This document shows positions 57,577 through 62,109 of a DNA stretch of 62,109 nucleotides, one piece after another. A program made the position numbers and the translations under genes. This DNA comes from Lentisphaeraceae bacterium (GTDB taxonomy: Bacteria > Verrucomicrobiota > Kiritimatiellia > RFP12 > UBA1067), in NCBI GenBank assembly GCA_004551905.1, contig SFPL01000028.1, forward strand, positions 1-62,109, given 5' to 3'. The notes under the pieces are model-generated. The model was given only the letters and a program-made list of their open reading frames with translations, searched no databases and had not been told where the DNA came from. Within the stretch, counting starts at the first letter, position 1. Each line of letters starts with the position of its first letter.

Positions 57577-58446
57577 ATGGCATTTGCTGATTCTTTGAAA
57601 AAACTGAACGCGCAACGGCTACAACAGTCCGTCAAGGCGACCGTTCAGTCAAACGGCCGCCTGACCTTCACGGTCGAGGCGACGAAAGTGATGGACCTAT
57701 CGGACGAGAAGAGTCTGATCATCTTCGAGGCCGAAAATGGCGACCTCGGCGCGACGATCAGCCACAAGGGCGATCCCGATGCGTTCGAGCTGAAAAAGTG
57801 CGGACTGTACTTCTACGTCGCCTTCAAAAATTATTTGCAGCAGGCCGGCATCGACTACAAGGGGCAGCGCATCATCTACGACATCACGGAACTGGACGAG
57901 AAACTCGACGAGCGCACCCTGTACAAGTTCGAGCGTCGCGTTCTCCCGAAGTCGCCCGAACAGCTGCCATACACCGATGCGTCGGTCGACAACGGCGCGG
58001 GGAACGGAGACGGAAGCGGCAGCGGAGCGGGTGCGGGGTGCGGAGCCGGCAATGGCGACGGGTCGGGTTCTGGCGAACCGGCGGAGCAGGAGGACGCCGA
58101 CTTGCCGCCAGACGCGCCAGAAGCCGCCGCCACGCCCTCCGAGCCGCCCGTTCGCCCGACGATGCCGCCTCCGCCGCCGACGCGTCCTACGCGCCCCATG
58201 CCGCCTCCGCCGCCGATGCCGACGCGCCCTGCGCGCCCCATGCCGCCGCCCCCGCAGATTCGCCCCGATGCGCCGTCCGCCGAAGAACTCGCCAGACGCG
58301 CAGAGAAGTTCGCCGACAACGCCATGAAAAACCTCTCGCAGGAACAGATCGCCGAACTCGCCAAGGAGGCGTTGGCGGCCGGCATCAAGCCCAGCGCAGC
58401 CAAGCCCGAGGACAAGACACACAAGGACGGAGACTGGTCGTTCTGA
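57577..58446 (+). CDS. orphan protein with Gly/Asp/Ser and poly-Pro low-complexity centre, 289 aa
   Basis: Start at MAFADSLKKL (AAGGAG 6 nt upstream). SNGRLTFTVEATKVMDL is faintly AbrB/SpoVT-like. GAGNGDGSGSG occurs twice, followed by (R)PxMPPPPP repeats. Confidence 0.6.
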   Translation: MAFADSLKKLNAQRLQQSVKATVQSNGRLTFTVEATKVMDLSDEKSLIIFEAENGDLGATISHKGDPDAFELKKCGLYFYVAFKNYLQQAGIDYKGQRIIYDITELDEKLDERTLYKFERRVLPKSPEQLPYTDASVDNGAGNGDGSGSGAGAGCGAGNGDGSGSGEPAEQEDADLPPDAPEAAATPSEPPVRPTMPPPPPTRPTRPMPPPPPMPTRPARPMPPPPQIRPDAPSAEELARRAEKFADNAMKNLSQEQIAELAKEALAAGIKPSAAKPEDKTHKDGDWSF

Positions 58447-58576
58447 TGCCCGGCACACATTTGAAATCAGCGCATCCCCGTTGTTTTAGGGGTGCAGCAG
58501 ACGGAGTTCGCCCCTCCGTCTGCTTCAATTTCCACGGGGAGTACCCGTGGGGAAAGGTAGGAAGCAAGTGAGTACA

Positions 58577-59692
58577 ATGCACGTGTTCAGCGGTCGCAAG
58601 GGAATCCTTACGCCGCTCTCCATGAACGCCATCGCGGATGCCATCCGCAGGGCCTGCGAGAAGATCGAACTCCACTACGCCGAAGAGTTCGGCGGCGAGT
58701 CAAGCGCGGCATTCCGCGAAGGCCTCGTCAAGGAGTACAACGAGAAGCACATGAAGGAGTGTCCCGACTGCGGGATGCCCCTTCATTTTCTGGAACCGAA
58801 CTACGCCGAATGCACCGGATGCGGCAAGCCAATCAACACGTCTTGCTATGACCGCAAGATGTGCCATGTCGATGAAGAGGGAGTTGCCGAATACGTCGGC
58901 AACAAGATAGGAAACGGATACGCGAATCACACGGGCGACTACTTCCACCTCGGCGAGGTGCGGGGACGGACGCTCTATTTCGGAGTCAATCCGAGCAAGC
59001 GGTTCTACACGATGCACAAGGGCGACAACGTCGCCATCGTCCTCGGCCGGAACGACGCGGAGATCCCGGAGGGCTGGACCGGACACGCGGCGTATTTCAG
59101 CGAGCTTTTCTATGTGAACGAGCCGACCGGCGAGATCCGCGTCTCGCACAACATCCTAAACGGACTACTGCCGAGAGCGAAGAAGGTACGGACACAGCCG
59201 GGGAAGCGCAAGATTCACGAACGCCGCTCCGAATGGCTGATGTTCATCGCCGACCTCTTCAGCAGACCGCTGAATCCGTCCGACTTCACCAAGCACGGAC
59301 TGCGCCCCAAGGTGGCGCACGACTGGTTCGTGGAGAACTATTCGTATGCGCCGAAATGCGTCAAGGAGTACCAGCGCGACCTTCGGGCGTTTCGGGAGAT
59401 CAAGCCGGGCGACAAGTGCGAGGACAAGCGCGAGGCGTTCATCATTCTCCTCCTTCGCACGGCGGCGAACAAGAAGCGCACGACGAAGGAGCGCATGGGC
59501 ATAGCGAAGCTGATCCCCGAACTCATCCTCTACCTCCAGAAGGTCGCCGAGAAGAATCCAACGCAGCCCGCCGAGATCACTCGCGGCGCGTGGCAGCACT
59601 GCAAGGACGGCACGAAGGAGTATGTCGCCATCACGGACATCGAGGACTTCTTTGACAAGCTCGCCGAGCGTCTCGGCGAGGACGCAGCGTAA
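58577..59692 (+). CDS. orphan protein with zinc ribbon, 371 aa
   Basis: Start set at MHVFSGRKG (a GTG at 58547 is also possible). CPDCGMPL...CTGCGKP. No other motif recognised. Confidence 0.6.
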   Translation: MHVFSGRKGILTPLSMNAIADAIRRACEKIELHYAEEFGGESSAAFREGLVKEYNEKHMKECPDCGMPLHFLEPNYAECTGCGKPINTSCYDRKMCHVDEEGVAEYVGNKIGNGYANHTGDYFHLGEVRGRTLYFGVNPSKRFYTMHKGDNVAIVLGRNDAEIPEGWTGHAAYFSELFYVNEPTGEIRVSHNILNGLLPRAKKVRTQPGKRKIHERRSEWLMFIADLFSRPLNPSDFTKHGLRPKVAHDWFVENYSYAPKCVKEYQRDLRAFREIKPGDKCEDKREAFIILLLRTAANKKRTTKERMGIAKLIPELILYLQKVAEKNPTQPAEITRGAWQHCKDGTKEYVAITDIEDFFDKLAERLGEDAA

Positions 59693-59709
59693 GAAAGGAA
59701 GCGACAGAC

Positions 59710-60111
59710 ATGGGAAACAGGCAATACTACATCGTAGGGGCGAGCTACGGCGGCTGCGAATCGCAGCTTGAGCGTTTCCTCGCCGACGGGATCTGGGCGT
59801 TGGGCTGGAGCGGCGAGGACGCACCCTCGCAGTATGCGCCGCTCATGAAGATGCGCAAGGGCGACTTCATCGCCGTCAAGCGCATGAACGGTCGCGGCGC
59901 GTCGGACGTTACGATCCTTGCGCGGGGGATCGTCCGTGGGGTTATCACCGAGGCGAAGGAGGAGAAACGCTTTGTCTGCACGGTCGATTGGTTCGAGCCG
60001 ACCGTCAACAAGGTCGTTCCCGCAAAGCATCGCGGCATCTTCCAGTCCGTGGCCGGCCCGTTCAAGCTCGACGATGACCGCGACTGGCTCATCAACGTGT
60101 TCGGTCTCTAA
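59710..60111 (+). CDS. small beta-barrel-like protein (PUA/EVE-like?), 133 aa
   Basis: MGNRQYYIVGASYGG...GIWALGWSGED...MRKGDFIAVKRM...ILARGIVRGVI loosely recalls PUA-superfamily reader domains. Weak. Confidence 0.5.
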   Translation: MGNRQYYIVGASYGGCESQLERFLADGIWALGWSGEDAPSQYAPLMKMRKGDFIAVKRMNGRGASDVTILARGIVRGVITEAKEEKRFVCTVDWFEPTVNKVVPAKHRGIFQSVAGPFKLDDDRDWLINVFGL

Positions 60112-60132
60112 TCAAACACCCGACAAAAGGAC

Positions 60133-60164
60133 AACGGCCGTCGGTACTGAACCGGCGGCCGTTT
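60133..60164 (+). terminator. hairpin after 59710-60111
   Basis: AACGGCCGTCGG-TACTGAA-CCGGCGGCCGTT (one mismatch), ending in TTT. Confidence 0.45.
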
Positions 60165-60176
60165 CCCGTGAAAAAC

Positions 60177-60713
60177 ATGAAACGCAAGAACAGCGCGTAC
60201 ACGAAGAACCTAATCATCCCCATAGTCGAGGCATCGCTTTCGGCAAACTGGGAAGAGGCCGTCCTCGAATGGGACATCTGTGACTGCCAGGAGGACGAAA
60301 CCGCGCAGACGGACTGTATGTGCGGACACGAGGGAATAAGGTATCTCTTCTATATACGGAACAGGCACAACAACAGGACGTTCGGGCCAATCGGCAGCGA
60401 GTGCATCAAGAAGTTCGGCCGCAAAGACCTCTCGTCCGAGGTCGATGTGCAGGAGCGGATGTTCCGTCTCTACGACGCGATTCGCAAGCGCGAATTCATA
60501 GAACTGAACTCCGACTTCTTCTCGCGGAAGCTGCTGCTGTACCTTTTCGAGCAGAACGCCCTGGACGAGGGCGACTACCAGTTCATGCTCGATATGTTCA
60601 ACAAGCGCGACAAGGACAGCATCACCTACGGTCAGCAGAGGAAGATCAACGCCGTTGTCGGATTCACGTTGAAGTCATATCTCCAGCGGAAACTTGCGGG
60701 GAAGTACAGATGA
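60177..60713 (+). CDS. orphan Cys-cluster protein, 178 aa
   Basis: Start at MKRKNSAY (a GTG at 60168 is possible). WDICDCQEDETAQTDCMCGHEGIRY...GSECIKKFG suggests a zinc-binding module. Visibly lower GC. Confidence 0.55.
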   Translation: MKRKNSAYTKNLIIPIVEASLSANWEEAVLEWDICDCQEDETAQTDCMCGHEGIRYLFYIRNRHNNRTFGPIGSECIKKFGRKDLSSEVDVQERMFRLYDAIRKREFIELNSDFFSRKLLLYLFEQNALDEGDYQFMLDMFNKRDKDSITYGQQRKINAVVGFTLKSYLQRKLAGKYR

Positions 60714-61270
60714 CGAAACCTGCGATGCCGCCTTGCGCGTTTCTCGCCAAACGCCCGATAAACGCCCCCGACGATCTCGTCGAAACGGACGAGGGATTCG
60801 CCCGCGCCATGAAGTTCATCGGAACGCATGAGAACCCGTTTGACCGCCTAAACGTCCTCTGCTGGATTGCCGAAAGAATCAAGAACGAGCTGCACAAGCG
60901 AGAGCTGCGCATCCGTCGGCTCACCACACGGATCGAGAACTCTCGTGGCGACCGTAGCGAAATGAACAAGAACGAGGTCGCCAACGCCCGCCGCCTCATC
61001 GCCTCCATCAAGTCCGGGTCAACACCATACAACACGCGCCTCGCCACGGTTCTCGATCTATTCGCGTCAATCAGGAAGGACGTGCTTGACGGACTGCTCT
61101 CCTACACGGAGGATTTCGCATCGTCCATCCCGGATGGATGCCAGGGGACGAGGGACGCCTCCTACAGCCATGACGTCGCCTCCACGCTCGGTCGGCTCGT
61201 GGACATCGACTTCTCCTTCAAGAATCCGCGCAAGCCCCGCCAGCGGCGTTCGGCGCGTAAAAGCGCATAG
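60710..61270 (+). CDS. orphan protein, 186 aa
   Basis: ATGA overlap with the upstream stop. MTKPAMPPCAFLAKRPINAPDD... Basic C-terminus KNPRKPRQRRSARKSA. Confidence 0.55.
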   Translation: MTKPAMPPCAFLAKRPINAPDDLVETDEGFARAMKFIGTHENPFDRLNVLCWIAERIKNELHKRELRIRRLTTRIENSRGDRSEMNKNEVANARRLIASIKSGSTPYNTRLATVLDLFASIRKDVLDGLLSYTEDFASSIPDGCQGTRDASYSHDVASTLGRLVDIDFSFKNPRKPRQRRSARKSA

Positions 61271-61585
61271 GGCCAGCAATCACTCGATGCCAAGCTCCTT
61301 GTGCTGCTCCGCCCAGATCGGGGGCTGAATCTGCTGAAGCCACTGAACCTCCTCCTGCGCCTTCTGGGGCGCTGGGGCCTTGAGACCGCCGCACGACTGG
61401 CAACGGCCTCGGCGACGATGCGGGTGACGTTGATCTTGTTGTCTGGGAATAATGGTGCGTTCCCTTTGTAGCATCCGTTGATTGGCACATTTTTGATTCT
61501 TCTGAAATAATTTTTATACAGTTAATCACCCCATAATCAGTGAATTTTGATATAATATAAGGTTCAAAAACCATGAGGAAGTTTA

Positions 61586-62109
61586 ATGGCAGGACTGAAT
61601 CTATTTCGGGAACCTTTCGACGAAGGTACAATGCGGAAATTGTACCTTTACCGCCATTATGTCGAAGCGTGGCTTCCCGTATTCCTGAACCAGTCGTTGG
61701 ATAGGATTCAGATATTCGACTTCTTCGCAGGACAAGGCAACGACGAAGACGGCAAACCTGGTAGTCCACTTATAGCCTTACAGCAAATTCGATCCGCAAG
61801 AGATTCGTATTACAAGACTGCGCCTCCTCCTCCGGTGCATTTGTACTTGAATGAATACAAAAAATGCAACTTCGACCATCTCTGCGGAGTATGTGATGCT
61901 TGCGAGGACAAGGGCAATGCAACGGTTCATTACTCGAACAAGGATTTTCGTATTGTATTCAATGAATGGTTGCCTCTGATGCGTGAGCGCAATGTGGCCA
62001 ATCTCGTTTTTCTGGATCAGAATGGAGTCAAGTTCATCACGCCGGAGGTGTTCAGATCCATCACATCAATTGCCCGAACAGACTTCCTGTTCTACATTTC
62101 CTCGTCGCA
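61586..62109 (+). CDS. TcmP-like (three-Cys-motif partner protein family) gene, 3'-truncated by window end
   Basis: Not in the ORF track (no stop). Hand translation: MAGLNLFREPFDEGTMRKLYLYRHYVEAWLPVFLNQSLDRIQIFDFFAGQGNDEDGKPGSPLIAL... The T.KL...YL......i.DxFAGxG....G.PGSP pattern matches my memory of TcmP. Low GC. Confidence 0.55.
   Translation, partial: MAGLNLFREPFDEGTMRKLYLYRHYVEAWLPVFLNQSLDRIQIFDFFAGQGNDEDGKPGSPLIALQQIRSARDSYYKTAPPPPVHLYLNEYKKCNFDHLCGVCDACEDKGNATVHYSNKDFRIVFNEWLPLMRERNVANLVFLDQNGVKFITPEVFRSITSIARTDFLFYISSS

Noticed and set aside
57990-58270. GGNGAC/GGC and CCGCCG repeats as a DNA-level tandem repeat or VNTR feature
   Set aside because: They are in frame within 57577-58446 and encode Gly/Asp/Ser and poly-Pro low-complexity segments. 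I treated them as part of the CDS rather than as a separate element.

Overview
The window is dominated by one high-GC tailed-phage genome (a prophage or a phage contig), coded almost entirely on the minus strand.

Layout in the direction of transcription (right to left):
- Regulatory gap at 57.06-57.57 kb.
- Early replication/recombination operon at 57.06-48.7 kb: sigma-like factor, PD-(D/E)xK exonuclease, Sak4-type ATPase, DUF669, RusA, SF2 helicase, primase-polymerase.
- Two orphan genes at 48.6-46.5 kb, one of them NYN-RNase-like.
- An oppositely oriented five-gene operon at 43.7-46.5 kb, headed by a secreted NucA-type nuclease and preceded by an iteron-like array.
- A SAM/methylation block at 42.7-39.6 kb: ParB-N6-methyltransferase, MetK, PnuC-like half transporter, HARE-HTH.
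- Packaging and head genes at 39.6-29.6 kb: terminase, an inserted C5-methyltransferase with an oversized target-recognition region, gpW-like protein, lambda-type portal, fused protease-capsid, decoration protein.
- Siphovirus-type tail: tube, a G/GT-type -1 frameshift chaperone, and a 1082-aa tape measure.
- A long, paralogue-rich tail-tip/receptor-binding region at 25.1-13.1 kb.
- Two lipoproteins.
- Five autonomous mini-operons of small genes at 11.5-4.5 kb. Each sits behind a copy of the same promoter cassette. They carry an amidoligase and two gamma-glutamylcyclotransferase-like genes.

Left flank (1-3.7 kb, visibly lower GC): a decayed ADP-ribosylglycohydrolase gene, a 713-aa secreted orphan and a TPR protein. 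A high-GC stand-alone SLOG gene follows.

Right arm (57.6-61.3 kb, plus strand): orphan genes. After them comes a low-GC, 3'-truncated TcmP-like gene.

I recognised no integrase, CI/Cro-type repressor, endolysin, tRNA, rRNA, CRISPR array or reverse transcriptase, so the phage boundaries are not defined.

Best candidates for something undescribed:
1. The amidoligase plus two GGCT genes, inside the repeated promoter-cassette array with its convergent-promoter 124-bp element.
2. The MetK / PnuC-like / HARE-HTH / dual-methyltransferase block.
3. The reverse-oriented secreted-nuclease operon with its iteron array.
4. The orphan right arm.

All functional calls rest on motif recognition by eye. No database search was run.
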